Positions 29,349-39,644 are shown, counted from the first letter of the stretch. The stretch: 64,000 nucleotides of DNA from Planctomycetota bacterium (GCA_947501605.1 CANMWZ010000011.1:1-64000), one strand, 5' to 3'. The notes: generated by a model from the sequence alone, not told the origin. Made by a program: numbers and translations.

Positions 29349-30643
29349 GCGAAGCTCTCGTTCGGCAGTTCATCGCGCCACAACGCCGCGAACGACTCGC
29401 GACGGCGGATCACTCGATGGCTTGCACCATCGACCAATACTTCGGCAGGACGACGCCGCGTGTTGTAGCACGAAGCCATGCTGATGCCGTAGGCCCCGGT
29501 CGCGAGCACCGCCAGTAGCTCGCCGGACTCGACACTGGGCAGAGACCTAGCGCGGGCCAGGAAGTCGCCGCTCTCGCACACCGGCCCCACCACATCGACG
29601 GTGCTTGACGCACGGCCACGATCGGCCACCGGCACGATCGGATGCTCGGCCGAGTACAGCGCCGGGCGCAGCAAGTCGTTCATCGCCGCATCCACCAGCA
29701 CGAAACTGGTCGAGCCCGACTGTTTGTGGCCGAGGACCTCCGTCACCAACACGCCCGCATCGCCCACCAAGTAACGACCAGGTTCGAGCATCGGCCGCAG
29801 GCCATGAGCCGACAGTTGCGGCAGCAAGGCGGCAGCCAGTTCCGCAAGCGGGAAGGCCTCACCCTTGCCATAGCTGATCCCGAATCCACCACCGAGGTCA
29901 TAGTGCTTCACCCCGAGTCTGCGAGCGGGCGCACCGCGCAGGAACGCGGCGACGGCGGCGAAGGCCTGCACATACGGCTCGACCGCACGCAGCTGACTGC
30001 CCAGATGGACATGGTAGCCGACGAGCTCCAAGTCAGGGTCGCCCGCGATCTGTGCCACCAGTGCCCCAGCGCGGTCGAGGTCGATTCCAAACTTGCTGTC
30101 CTGACGCGCCGTCGCGATGTAGGCGTGCGTGTCGACCGCGATCGCCGGGTTCAACCGTACTTCAATGGGAACGCGCCGTCCGTGAGCTCGACCGGCAGCC
30201 GCGAGCAGAGGTAGCTCGTGCGGCGATTCGACCTGGAAGGCCCGCACCTGCTCCTTGACGCCTAGCTCGATCTCCCACTTCGCCTTCGCCGCGCCGGCAA
30301 ACACCGCGCGACGCGGGTCGATGCCAGCAGCCAAGAGACGCTGCAACTCGCCGCCACTGACGAGGTCGAACCCTGCGCCGAGGCTCGCAAGCAGTTGCAA
30401 GATGGAGAGATTGGAGTTGGCCTTGACCGCGTAGCAAATCTGTGCGGCGTCGCCAAATGCGGCACGCACGGCTTGGTAGCGGTCGCGAATGCAGGCGGCG
30501 CTGTAGACGTACAGTGGGGTTCCGTGGGCCCGCGCCAGCTCGCGCAAGGACACGCTCTCGCAGAACAACTCGCCCCGGCGATAGTGGAAGTCGGCACTGC
30601 CCGCCATCGGGCACGGCACGCGATCGTCGGCGGGAGCGGCCAT
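29345..30643 (-). CDS. lysA: Diaminopimelate decarboxylase
   Basis: GTPLYVYS, YAVKANSN, SKFGI, HVHLGSQ, DLGGGFG, EPGR, GPVCESGD and GAYG. Confidence 0.96.
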   Translation of the reverse strand: MAAPADDRVPCPMAGSADFHYRRGELFCESVSLRELARAHGTPLYVYSAACIRDRYQAVRAAFGDAAQICYAVKANSNLSILQLLASLGAGFDLVSGGELQRLLAAGIDPRRAVFAGAAKAKWEIELGVKEQVRAFQVESPHELPLLAAAGRAHGRRVPIEVRLNPAIAVDTHAYIATARQDSKFGIDLDRAGALVAQIAGDPDLELVGYHVHLGSQLRAVEPYVQAFAAVAAFLRGAPARRLGVKHYDLGGGFGISYGKGEAFPLAELAAALLPQLSAHGLRPMLEPGRYLVGDAGVLVTEVLGHKQSGSTSFVLVDAAMNDLLRPALYSAEHPIVPVADRGRASSTVDVVGPVCESGDFLARARSLPSVESGELLAVLATGAYGISMASCYNTRRRPAEVLVDGASHRVIRRRESFAALWRDELPNESFA

Positions 30644-30810
30644 GGGTCGGAGGAGGCTACGTGGTGTGGGATCGCGACGCCACCGCGCGACCTGACAGGA
30701 GCGGGCCAGATCGGATCATGCCCGACCACAACAGGCCCGACTAGAAAGCAGCCGCAAGGCAACCAGACCGGAAGTCGGAGCTGCCCGACAGAAGGAGTCG
30801 CAGGCGGCTC

Positions 30811-31692
30811 TTACTGCGCGGCGCGGGTTTCTTCGCGCTCGCACAATCGCTGCTTCAGTCGCTCCAACACGCGGCCGTGGATCTGGCAGATGCGCGAGGC
30901 CGACAGCCGCAGTCGCCGAGCCACCGCCTTGCCGCTCATGCCCTCGAGATAGTGCAACTGCAGCACCTTCCACTCGATTGGTGCGAGACTGGCCTGAATG
31001 TTGGCGACCAGTTCCTTCTGCGAGATCGACTCGATCGGGGACTCGACATCCTCATCGGCCAGTAGGTCCATCGCGTCCCAGGAACCATTCTCGTCGTCCG
31101 TCTCGCGGCCCATCATCTGCTGCTCGCCCCGGCGAACGTAGCTGCGCTGCAAGGTCACCAGCGTGACGCCGAGCTCGTGCGCCAGTTCGGCATCGGACGG
31201 CTCCCGCAACAGCTCGGAGCGCAGACGCAGCAGAGCCTGCTCGCGATCCCGCTGACGCCGACGATAGAGCCGCGGCAGGAAATCCATGTTGCGCAGCTCA
31301 TCGAGCATCGCCCCGCGGACTCGGATCCTGGCAAACGTCGCGAACTGCTCGCAACGCTCGGGATCAAACTTGTCGATGGCCTGCATGAGACCCCACACGC
31401 CAGCGTGCACCAGATCGTGGATGTCGACACACGGGGGTAGCCGCGACGACATCCTCCTGGCCATCACCTCAACCGTGGGCCGGACGGCCTCGACGAGTTG
31501 GTCGCGAAGTCGCGTGTCGCGGCGACGACGATACCGCAGTAGCAACTTATTGACGGCACTGCTGCTCTCGTCGTCGAGGCCGAGCCCGCGTACTGCGGCC
31601 CTGGATCGCCCCGATGGCACGAGACCCGATGGCAAGAGCCCCGACCGCGGCAACAGTGCGTTCTGGGTCAGCACACAGGGTTGCGTCAGCAT
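30811..31692 (-). CDS. FliA/WhiG (sigma-28) family RNA polymerase sigma factor
   Basis: DLVHAGVWGLMQAIDKFDPER, RVRGAMLDELRNMD, REPSDAELAHELG and LSASRICQIH; start uncertain. Confidence 0.9.
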   Translation of the reverse strand: MLTQPCVLTQNALLPRSGLLPSGLVPSGRSRAAVRGLGLDDESSSAVNKLLLRYRRRRDTRLRDQLVEAVRPTVEVMARRMSSRLPPCVDIHDLVHAGVWGLMQAIDKFDPERCEQFATFARIRVRGAMLDELRNMDFLPRLYRRRQRDREQALLRLRSELLREPSDAELAHELGVTLVTLQRSYVRRGEQQMMGRETDDENGSWDAMDLLADEDVESPIESISQKELVANIQASLAPIEWKVLQLHYLEGMSGKAVARRLRLSASRICQIHGRVLERLKQRLCEREETRAAQ

Positions 31693-32034
31693 GGATCCGT
31701 CGCTCGCCGCGGTTCGCGGCGATGGTGAGACCGCTCGCGCGCTATCGGCCTGACCGCCATCAGCGCGCGTCGTCGTGTCGTGCGCGAGTCGCGAACCGTT
31801 GCGCGTGTCGTTGCCGCTGCGGTTCGCGTCGTCGCGACGATATGCGTGTTCGACGCGAATCATCTAACGGAGCGACAGCATACCGCAGATGCGGTGCGTC
31901 GTGCAACGAGTGAGTTGCACTCGAAGTGATGATGCTCGCGCGCATCGCTCATCATGCATGCATCGTCAGCGCGCGCGTGATGCGCGCTTCGATGCATGCG
32001 CGACTGCTTTGCGCGCATGCGCGCATCGTCGCGA

Positions 32035-32508
32035 TCAGGCGTCGACGTCGTCGATCGCGATGCCGAGCGAACTCAGCACCGCGCGCTCCGCGGCGCGCAT
32101 GCGCGCACGCGCGCGAACGCCCTTGTCGTCGTGACCACAGAGGTGGAGCAGCCCGTGAACGACGTACAACGCGACTTCCTCGCGCACGGCGTGGCCCCGC
32201 TCGCGTGCGCACCGCGAGGCCGTTTCGACGCTGACAACGAGCTCAGCTGCGCCATCGAGTGCAAATGAGATCACGTCCGTCGGCGTCGCATCCTCGAGGA
32301 AGTCGTCGTGGATCTGCGCGATCTCTGCGTCATCGGTCAAGAGCAGCGAGACCGGCATCTGCGTAGCGCCCCCATGCTCCAGGGCGGCGCGAACGACGCG
32401 GCGGAGGAAACCTCGATCGGACCGCGGCCTACCGCGGTCGGTGATCTGCAATCGGTTGCCAACGCTGCTCTTGACCTCGGGGGGCTTGCGACGCGCGGCC
32501 AACGTCAT
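32035..32508 (-). CDS. ybeY: rRNA maturation endoribonuclease YbeY
   Basis: PTDVISF and VVHGLLHLCGHDD motifs; overlaps the phoH stop. Confidence 0.92.
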   Translation of the reverse strand: MTLAARRKPPEVKSSVGNRLQITDRGRPRSDRGFLRRVVRAALEHGGATQMPVSLLLTDDAEIAQIHDDFLEDATPTDVISFALDGAAELVVSVETASRCARERGHAVREEVALYVVHGLLHLCGHDDKGVRARARMRAAERAVLSSLGIAIDDVDA

Positions 32509-33497
32509 GAGCCCTTGGCATCGCGACGGTTGCCAGCGCGATCCTGGTCGTAGGCATTGACGATGCGCCCCACGACTGCGTGGCGCACCACGTCGGCCGC
32601 GCCCAGCGTGACGAAGCGGATGCCCTCGACACCCTGCAAGCAACGGACTGCGTCGCTGAGGCCCGAGGTCACATGGCCCGGCAGGTCGACCTGCGACGGA
32701 TCCCCGGTGATCACCATCCGCGAGCCTTCACCCAAGCGAGTGAGGAACATCAGCATCTGCGTGACGGTCGTGTTCTGGGCCTCGTCGAGGATGACAAACG
32801 CCCGGTTGAGCGTGCGGCCGCGCATGAAAGCCAAGGGGCACACCTCGACGACGTCGCTCTCGAGCCAACGCACGCGGGTGCGAGCGTCGAGCAGGTCCTG
32901 CAGCGCGTCGTACATCGGCCGCAGGTAGGGATCGATCTTCTGCTGGAAGTCCCCCGGCAGGAAGCCGAGCTTCTCGCCGGCCTCGACCGCGGGCCGCACC
33001 AGAACGAGTCGGCGCACGAGGCCGCGGCGCATGGCCTCGACTGCCTGGGCCACTGCAAGGTAGGTCTTGCCAGTGCCCGCCGGGCCCACTGCGAACACGA
33101 CGTCGCTCTGTTCCATCGCTTCGAGGTAGCGCTCCTGCCCACCGGTGCGGGCCCGAACGACGTGCTGGCTCCTGGCCACGTGACGAGCCCCGTCCACTGC
33201 GGGCCCTGGGTGCGCAGGGTCGACCTCTTCGTCCGGCGAGCTGGCGCGCAGCCGTCCGGCGACGTCCTGCGTCGACAGGCGCTTGCCCGCGCGCAGGGCC
33301 AGCAGGCTCTCCTCGAGCACGTGCTGCACGGTGGTCACACTGTGTGGGTCGCCAAGGAGACGCAGGCTGCCGTCGCGGACCAGCACGGACACGCCGTGCA
33401 GTTCTCGGATCAGACGCGCGTTGCTGTCTAGGGGGCCGAGCAAGGTGCGAGCCTCTTCGGTCGACTGCACAGGGATCTGGACGTCAGCGTCGGTCAC
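32505..33497 (-). CDS. phoH: PhoH-like ATPase (YbeZ)
   Basis: GPAGTGKTYLA, RPAVEAGEKLGFLPGD, PLAFMRGRTL and ILDEAQN. Confidence 0.95.
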   Translation of the reverse strand: MTDADVQIPVQSTEEARTLLGPLDSNARLIRELHGVSVLVRDGSLRLLGDPHSVTTVQHVLEESLLALRAGKRLSTQDVAGRLRASSPDEEVDPAHPGPAVDGARHVARSQHVVRARTGGQERYLEAMEQSDVVFAVGPAGTGKTYLAVAQAVEAMRRGLVRRLVLVRPAVEAGEKLGFLPGDFQQKIDPYLRPMYDALQDLLDARTRVRWLESDVVEVCPLAFMRGRTLNRAFVILDEAQNTTVTQMLMFLTRLGEGSRMVITGDPSQVDLPGHVTSGLSDAVRCLQGVEGIRFVTLGAADVVRHAVVGRIVNAYDQDRAGNRRDAKGS

Positions 33498-33516
33498 GTG
33501 GTCACACGCATCGGGG

Positions 33517-34368
33517 TCAGGTCAGCCAGACAAGGAACAGGAACCAAGCCGAGAACGAGAATAGCAAGCTGTCGACCAGGTCGAGCACGCCGCCATGCGC
33601 CGGCAACAGGTGCGAACTGTCTTTGGCGCCGCAGCGGCGCTTCAACAGGCTCTCCACGAGATCGCCGATCTGGGTCGTGGCGTTGAGGAGGATACCGACA
33701 CCGAGGGTCACCGGAACTCCCATCGGCAGATCGGGCACCAGGACCGAACGCAACCCGACTGCGATCGCGAGCGACGCCGACAGACTCCCGAGTGCGCCTT
33801 CAACCGTCTTGCCCGGGCTGATGTGCGGGATCAGCTTGTGCCGTCCGATCATCCGGCCAACGCAGTAGCCGCCGATGTCGCCACCCTTGCAGATCAACAC
33901 CACGTAGAGCAGCGATGGCAGGTGGCGGAAACAGATCCCTTGGCCGAAGTACATCTGCCACGAGATCAGCAAGAAGCCGAGCAACGTGGCGCCCTGTTCC
34001 TCGAGCCCGCGCGCCATCGCGTCCTTGCCCAGCGACCGCGTCGCCAGAGGGAACAGCAGCAGCAGGGTCAGTGCCACGATCGGATACAGCTCGCGGTCAA
34101 GCTGCTGCCAACCTAGTGGGAACGCGAGCCCATGGAGCAGGACCGCGGCTACGAGCAACAGGGTGCGCGCGACGGCGAAGCCGGCCGTTCGCAGCATTGC
34201 GGCGTACTCGAGCACCCCGACAATCCCGAGTACGAAGAGAACCGAGGCAGAGAGTGCTCCGCGCTTGTCGACCACGAGGCACTCGACGTCGAGCCAGTAG
34301 ACAAGGCCGATGAGGAGCAGCATCGTCGGCGCCAGCACCGCGCGGGTGCGCAGATCAGAGCTCGCCAT
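33517..34368 (-). CDS. cdsA: Phosphatidate cytidylyltransferase
   Basis: ISPGKTVEG and GDLVESLLKRRCGAKDSSHLLPAHGGVLD. Confidence 0.94.
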   Translation of the reverse strand: MASSDLRTRAVLAPTMLLLIGLVYWLDVECLVVDKRGALSASVLFVLGIVGVLEYAAMLRTAGFAVARTLLLVAAVLLHGLAFPLGWQQLDRELYPIVALTLLLLFPLATRSLGKDAMARGLEEQGATLLGFLLISWQMYFGQGICFRHLPSLLYVVLICKGGDIGGYCVGRMIGRHKLIPHISPGKTVEGALGSLSASLAIAVGLRSVLVPDLPMGVPVTLGVGILLNATTQIGDLVESLLKRRCGAKDSSHLLPAHGGVLDLVDSLLFSFSAWFLFLVWLT

Positions 34369-35129
34369 CAGCCGTGCACCTTGCCGAACTTGCGCACGCG
34401 GCGGCCATAGTCCCGAAACGCTTCGTGCAGCTGCTCTTTGCCGAAGTCAGGCCAGCACACGGGCGACACATGAATCTCGGCGTAGCTGATCTGCCACAGC
34501 AAGAAGTTGCTGACACGCAGTTCCCCGGCCGTGCGAATGAGCAGGTCCGGATCCGGCAAAGTCGGTTGGTAGAGGCGGGCGCTGATGGTCGCTTCATCGA
34601 CAGCCTCTGGGGCGAGCGAGCCCGCAGCGACTTCGCGAGCGATCGAACGCACCGCATCGGCAAGCTCTTGGCGGCCACCGTACGAAATCGCGAGGCACAG
34701 CCTCATGCCGCTGTTGTCCGCCGTCAACGCCATCGTCTCGTCGAGCAATCGGAGGATGTCGGAGTCCAGGCGCTGCCGGCGACCGGCATGCAGGAGGCGC
34801 ACGTTGTTCTGCATCAGCGTCGGCCGCTCGTCGACCAGAAAGCGACGCAGCAGACCCATCAGCAGATTGATCTCGCGCTTGGGGCGCTCCCAGTTCTCTT
34901 CCGAGAACGCATACAGCGTCAGCGCCTCGACGCCGAGCTGGGCGCACTCCGTCACTGTCGTGCGCACCGAGTCAGTACCCTTCTCGTGGCCGCGAATGCG
35001 CTCGAAGCCGGCACTGCGCGCCCAGCGGCCATTCCCGTCCATGATCACCGCAACCGAACGCGGTACGACGAAGTCCGAGGCGGCGCGGTTGCCGCCGTCC
35101 GCCGGATGGCTGCCGGCCTTCTTGCTCAC
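34368..35129 (-). CDS. uppS: Undecaprenyl/isoprenyl diphosphate synthase
   Basis: AVIMDGNGRWA, LYAFSEENWERP, SYGGRQE and DLLIRTAGELRVSNFLLWQ. Confidence 0.96.
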   Translation of the reverse strand: MSKKAGSHPADGGNRAASDFVVPRSVAVIMDGNGRWARSAGFERIRGHEKGTDSVRTTVTECAQLGVEALTLYAFSEENWERPKREINLLMGLLRRFLVDERPTLMQNNVRLLHAGRRQRLDSDILRLLDETMALTADNSGMRLCLAISYGGRQELADAVRSIAREVAAGSLAPEAVDEATISARLYQPTLPDPDLLIRTAGELRVSNFLLWQISYAEIHVSPVCWPDFGKEQLHEAFRDYGRRVRKFGKVHG

Positions 35130-36397
35130 CTGAGGATCACCTGGTGCCGCTCTGGACCGACCGAGATCGTCTTGACCGGAAGGCCGGTGTGCAGCTCGAT
35201 CGCCTGGATGTAGCGCTTTGCCTGCGCCGGCAGGTCCTCGAAGCGACGCACCTCTCGCACATTCTGCGCGAAGCCCGCGAAGGTCTCGGTGATGGGCGTC
35301 GCCGTCTCCAAATCGAAGGCACAGAAACGGTCGGTCTCGCTGCCGTCGGGGAAGCGGTAGCGGGTCACCAGTTGGAAAGAGTCGAAACCGGACAACACAT
35401 CAAGGTTGGTGACCACGAGTTCGTCGGCGCCCGAGAGCTGGGCTGAGTAGCGGACCGCGACACTATCGAACCAGCCGATGCGGCGCGGACGACCAGTGGT
35501 CGAGCCGTACTCATTGCCAGCCTTGCGCAGCCGCTCCGCCAGTTCGCCCTGCAACTCGCTTGGAAACGGCCCCTCACCGACGCGAGTCGCGTAGGCCTTC
35601 ACAATGCCGACCACGCGCATGCCATGCGGCGGCAGGCCGGTGCCCGAAAATGCGCCGCCGGTCGAAGCGTGCGAGCTCGTGACGAACGGGTAGGTGCCAT
35701 GCTCGACGTCGAGCAAACATCCCTGCGCACCTTCGAGGAGAATGCGCTTCCCTTCGGCGTGAGCGACGCGGAGGAGGTGCCCAGCGTCGACGATGCCCTG
35801 GCGCAGTTGCTCACCGGCCTCAACCAACTGCGGAAACAGCAGTGCCGGCGACAGCGACGGCAGACCCGCACCAGCGAACAGCGGGTTCTTCTCCGCGCAC
35901 AAGCGGTCGATGCCGGCGCGCAGTCGATCCGGACGGATCAAGTCGCCCATGCGCAGGCCGATGCGATTGCAGCGATCCGCGTAGGCCGGGCCGATGCCGC
36001 GTCCGGTCGTGCCAATGCGGCCCTTGCCGCGCGCCTGCTCGTGCCAATGGTCCTGGACGCGATGCGCCTCGAGGATCACGTGCGCGCGCTCGCTGATCAG
36101 CAGGTTCTGGCCCAGCTCGATCGGCAGCCCACGCTTTTGCACGCCCTCGATTTCCTTCACTAGGTGCAGGGGGTCGACCACCACACCGTTGCCGATGACG
36201 TTGGTAACGCGCCGGTGGACGATGCCCGAGGGCACGAGGTGAAGGACCATCTTGCCGCTGGGCAGGATGAGCGTGTGGCCAGCGTTGTGACCACCGCCAT
36301 AGCGGACGACGTAGTCGGCCTCGGCAGCGAGGAAGTCGATGACCTTCCCCTTCCCTTCGTCACCCCAGAGGATGCCTACGACGCACGTTGTGGACAT
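35126..36397 (-). CDS. purA: Adenylosuccinate synthase
   Basis: WGDEGKGK, GGHNAGHT, IGTTGRGIGPAY, EGAQG, GTYPFVTSS and EYGSTTGRPRR. Confidence 0.97.
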   Translation of the reverse strand: MSTTCVVGILWGDEGKGKVIDFLAAEADYVVRYGGGHNAGHTLILPSGKMVLHLVPSGIVHRRVTNVIGNGVVVDPLHLVKEIEGVQKRGLPIELGQNLLISERAHVILEAHRVQDHWHEQARGKGRIGTTGRGIGPAYADRCNRIGLRMGDLIRPDRLRAGIDRLCAEKNPLFAGAGLPSLSPALLFPQLVEAGEQLRQGIVDAGHLLRVAHAEGKRILLEGAQGCLLDVEHGTYPFVTSSHASTGGAFSGTGLPPHGMRVVGIVKAYATRVGEGPFPSELQGELAERLRKAGNEYGSTTGRPRRIGWFDSVAVRYSAQLSGADELVVTNLDVLSGFDSFQLVTRYRFPDGSETDRFCAFDLETATPITETFAGFAQNVREVRRFEDLPAQAKRYIQAIELHTGLPVKTISVGPERHQVILR

Positions 36398-36515
36398 GGA
36401 AGATGGCGGCGAAAAGGCGGGCAGCATAGAGAGACGGTGGGCGCGGCTCCACACCTGGACTTCGCCGTCTGTGGAATCGCAGGCGGCCACGCCCCCATCG
36501 AGCGATCTCTTCGCC

Positions 36516-37661
36516 ATGCACGAAGTCGTGGACGAAGACGAGCGCCGGCGACAGGCGCTGGCATCCCTGGAGTGGTTCACCACGAGGCTATTGCGAGGTC
36601 AGCTCTGGCGTAGCAATCGCTGTCGATTTCGCTCGGCGCCGTTGCGACAGCAACTGCTGGTTGAAGTCCGACAAGAACTGCTCGTCGACTGCCTCACGCA
36701 CGTCGATGCGGTGCTGGCTTTGTCGCCGCCGGAGCGGCATCGACGGTGGTTCCGATTCGTCGAGCGCTGGATCTACCACGAACTGCGCCGCGGCGAACCA
36801 CTGCCCGAGCACTTCGAGGCGGCCATGCACGATCCCGCCGTGGAAGCGCCGCGGGTCGAGGTCGCGCTGCCACGGGAAGCCGTGACGGACACCGAGCACC
36901 GAGCCGCGACGCTGCGGAACGGCCGCACGAACGTCACGGCGACGGCACACGCAACGGGCTTGACGAGGCCCCGCGTGCGCGCGCTGTGGGCCCACATCGC
37001 CGATCAACTCGGCTATGACGCGACCTTCCTGGGCTTCTGGCGGCGGCGGCTCGCCGAGGCGCTGACAGGGCTCGCGTGCGACCTGCTGCGCGACCGCGAT
37101 CAGGTTCGGCTCCTGCCTCGACCGCGGCGACGACCCGACCCGCAGGCGCGCCTTCGACGCATCCGCCAGATTCTCGCCGTGCTGGCGGTGCGGCCACTGC
37201 CACACGAGATCCGCGTGGCGATCGCAATGGCCAAACTCAGGCGCGGAACACGGTCGGTCCGCCCGATCGGCCTGTTGGCCGCGGCGGAGCTGCTCGCTGG
37301 CGGCTGCCCGAAGATTGCACTGTGGCGCTTCGAGGCCGCGGTCGCCGACCACGAACTGGCGACCGCGATGCGCGCCGTCGTCGCCGCCCGCGACTACGGC
37401 GCCGATCCTGTGGCCATCGTGCTAGCCCGCGCCAAGCTGCTCGCAGTTCGAGGCCGGATCGGGGCGGCCGGTTGCTTGCTCCACCGCGCCCGAGCACGCC
37501 AGCCGCACGACCCGCGCCTCGACCTGGCAACGCGATCCGCCGGCTTCGATCAGGCGCCGAGCGCACGCCGAAGCGCGTCGCCGAGTTCCTCCTCGAGCCG
37601 CACGTCGGCGCGGGGAGCGGACCAGGACGGTATCGAAGCGAACATGGCGAAACCGAGGTAG
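36516..37661 (+). CDS. Hypothetical protein, possibly divergent sigma-70-like N-terminus + HTH + TPR-like C-terminus
   Basis: Long ORF divergent from purA with no competing gene. VRQELLVD...WFRFVERWIYHELRR, NVTATAHATGLTRPRVRALW and Ala-rich helical repeats. Start uncertain. Confidence 0.6.
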   Translation: MHEVVDEDERRRQALASLEWFTTRLLRGQLWRSNRCRFRSAPLRQQLLVEVRQELLVDCLTHVDAVLALSPPERHRRWFRFVERWIYHELRRGEPLPEHFEAAMHDPAVEAPRVEVALPREAVTDTEHRAATLRNGRTNVTATAHATGLTRPRVRALWAHIADQLGYDATFLGFWRRRLAEALTGLACDLLRDRDQVRLLPRPRRRPDPQARLRRIRQILAVLAVRPLPHEIRVAIAMAKLRRGTRSVRPIGLLAAAELLAGGCPKIALWRFEAAVADHELATAMRAVVAARDYGADPVAIVLARAKLLAVRGRIGAAGCLLHRARARQPHDPRLDLATRSAGFDQAPSARRSASPSSSSSRTSARGADQDGIEANMAKPR

Positions 37662-37948
37662 CGAACTTCGACGACGCAAGCAACCGAGGTCCCCTCACGG
37701 AAGAGCGTCACCCGTTGCTGGCTCGCGACGTCTGGATTGGGACCCGCTACCCAGTCGGTCTGGAGCCGGAACGCTTGCGCATCCTCGACGACCAGGAACC
37801 GGTAGCGGCCGCGAATGAGATCACGACATCGCGCGTAGCTGTCCGCAGGCAAGCCCTGGGGGAGATCAACCCGCAGTGGCTGGTAGGCGGGAGTGGCACA
37901 CGCAGACAGCACGAGTGAAACTGCGACGGTAGCGCTACGCACGGCCAT
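37550..37948 (-). CDS. Hypothetical lipoprotein
   Basis: VSLVLSAC lipobox; start overlaps the oxoprolinase-B stop. Confidence 0.72.
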   Translation of the reverse strand: MAVRSATVAVSLVLSACATPAYQPLRVDLPQGLPADSYARCRDLIRGRYRFLVVEDAQAFRLQTDWVAGPNPDVASQQRVTLFREGTSVACVVEVRYLGFAMFASIPSWSAPRADVRLEEELGDALRRALGA

Positions 37949-39503
37949 GGCCTCCGCCGCCGGGCGTCTGCACGACGATGCGTTCGCCGATCGCAAGTTG
38001 CAGGGACACCTTGCTGGAAAGCGCACGCCGCACGCCGCGGACATTCTCGATCGCAAGCGCGCCGGGCGCGCCGCTACCGCCGCCCATGGCTCCAGGTGGC
38101 CCGGAACGATGGCGGTCGCCGAGAAAGGTGACCGACATGGGCACGAGGGCTTCGACGATCTTCTCGATGCCGTCACCGCCGGGGCGCCGACCGCGCCCGC
38201 CAGTGCCACGTCGCACCGTGAGCGCGAGCACCCGCACCGGATAGCGATGCTCGGTTTCTTCGACCGGCGTGTTGCGCGTGTTCGTCATGTGCGTCTGCAC
38301 CGCCGAGCGACCGGCGCGCAGCGGCCCGGCACCGGCCCCGCCTGGCAGAGTCTCGTAAAAGGCAAAGTCGCGGCCGCGCGCATCGACTCCGCCCATCGAC
38401 AGGTTGCTCATGGTGCCGGCCGAGCACGCCGGAACGACGCCGGGTCGCGCCTTCCCGAGCGCGGACAGGCAGACGTCGACGAGGCGCTGGCTGGTCTCCA
38501 CGTTGCCGCCAGCGACCGGCGCGGGTTTCTTCGGATCGACGAGCGAGCCGGGCGTGGTCACGATCTCGAACAGTCGGAAGAGACCGTCGTTGGTCGGCAT
38601 GCGCTCCGGGCACAAGCACCGCAGGGCATACGCACAGGCCGCCAGCACGACGCTCCGGTTTGCATTCACGCCACCCTGCGCCTGCTCGCAACTGCGCGTG
38701 AAGTCGAACTGCAGCATCGCGCCGCGTCGCCGCAGGCGCAGATCGATGGTCAGCGGGCCGTTGCCCTGACCGTCGTCTTCCAGCGCATCCCGTGCCGCGA
38801 ACGGTCCGCGACCGAGGCTCGATAGGGCTGCTCGTCCTTGCGCCTCGGTGTAGTCCATCAGGTGCGAGGCGTAGCGACCAAGCTCGGCCCGCCCCCAATC
38901 GTGTTGCATGGCCAGCAGCCGGTCGCGGAGCCGTTCCAAACTCGCCTCTTGGGCTGCCAGGTCAACTTCGCGCTCATGGCTGCCGCGCACATTGGCGAGC
39001 AGCAGGCGCAGGATCTCGCGATTCGGTTCGCCACTGCGCCGCACCAAAACCGGCGGGATCACAAGGCCTTCGCCGTAGAGATCGCGGGCGATGCCCATCG
39101 AACCTGGCGTTGCGCCACCGATATCGGCGTGGTGCGCGCGACTGCTGACAAACCAGTCGGGCGTCCGGCGCCCTGGAGCGAAGACCGGCGCCACCATCGT
39201 GACGTCAGGAAGGTGCGTTCCGCCCTGGTACGGATCGTTGAGCACCGCGACGTCGCCGGGACCGAAGTCGATCGCGGCGCGCGCGGCGCGGACGGCATCG
39301 GCCGCGCTACCGAGATGCACTGGGATGTGTGCAGCCTGTGCCACCAAGCGGCCCGCACGGTCAAACACCGCGACCGAGAAATCGCGGCGCTCGCGAATGT
39401 TGGGACTCACGGCACTCTGCTGCAGCAGCAGACCGGCCTCTTCGCACATCGCCGCCAGAAGGTGATGGCAGATCTCGAGCCGTACCGGATCTGGGCGCTT
39501 CAT
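37935..39503 (-). CDS. Hydantoinase B / 5-oxoprolinase subunit B family protein
   Basis: [60 protein letters not shown] and TPGGGG. Confidence 0.94.
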   Translation of the reverse strand: MKRPDPVRLEICHHLLAAMCEEAGLLLQQSAVSPNIRERRDFSVAVFDRAGRLVAQAAHIPVHLGSAADAVRAARAAIDFGPGDVAVLNDPYQGGTHLPDVTMVAPVFAPGRRTPDWFVSSRAHHADIGGATPGSMGIARDLYGEGLVIPPVLVRRSGEPNREILRLLLANVRGSHEREVDLAAQEASLERLRDRLLAMQHDWGRAELGRYASHLMDYTEAQGRAALSSLGRGPFAARDALEDDGQGNGPLTIDLRLRRRGAMLQFDFTRSCEQAQGGVNANRSVVLAACAYALRCLCPERMPTNDGLFRLFEIVTTPGSLVDPKKPAPVAGGNVETSQRLVDVCLSALGKARPGVVPACSAGTMSNLSMGGVDARGRDFAFYETLPGGAGAGPLRAGRSAVQTHMTNTRNTPVEETEHRYPVRVLALTVRRGTGGRGRRPGGDGIEKIVEALVPMSVTFLGDRHRSGPPGAMGGGSGAPGALAIENVRGVRRALSSKVSLQLAIGERIVVQTPGGGGHGRA

Positions 39504-39644
39504 CGCGGCGCGAAGTCTACGCGGAGTGGCGGCGCGCGCGCAGCACCGAACCAACGCGAACAACCGGAACGAACACGGCCACGCTCACCAGATCGGAGAA
39601 CGCGGCCGTGTTCGCCAGCGAGTGTCGCTCGCAGCAGTCAGCCG

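Noticed and set aside
30644..30810. Lysine riboswitch upstream of lysA
   Set aside because: No L-box consensus visible, and a -10-like box sits only 10 nt before the ATG.
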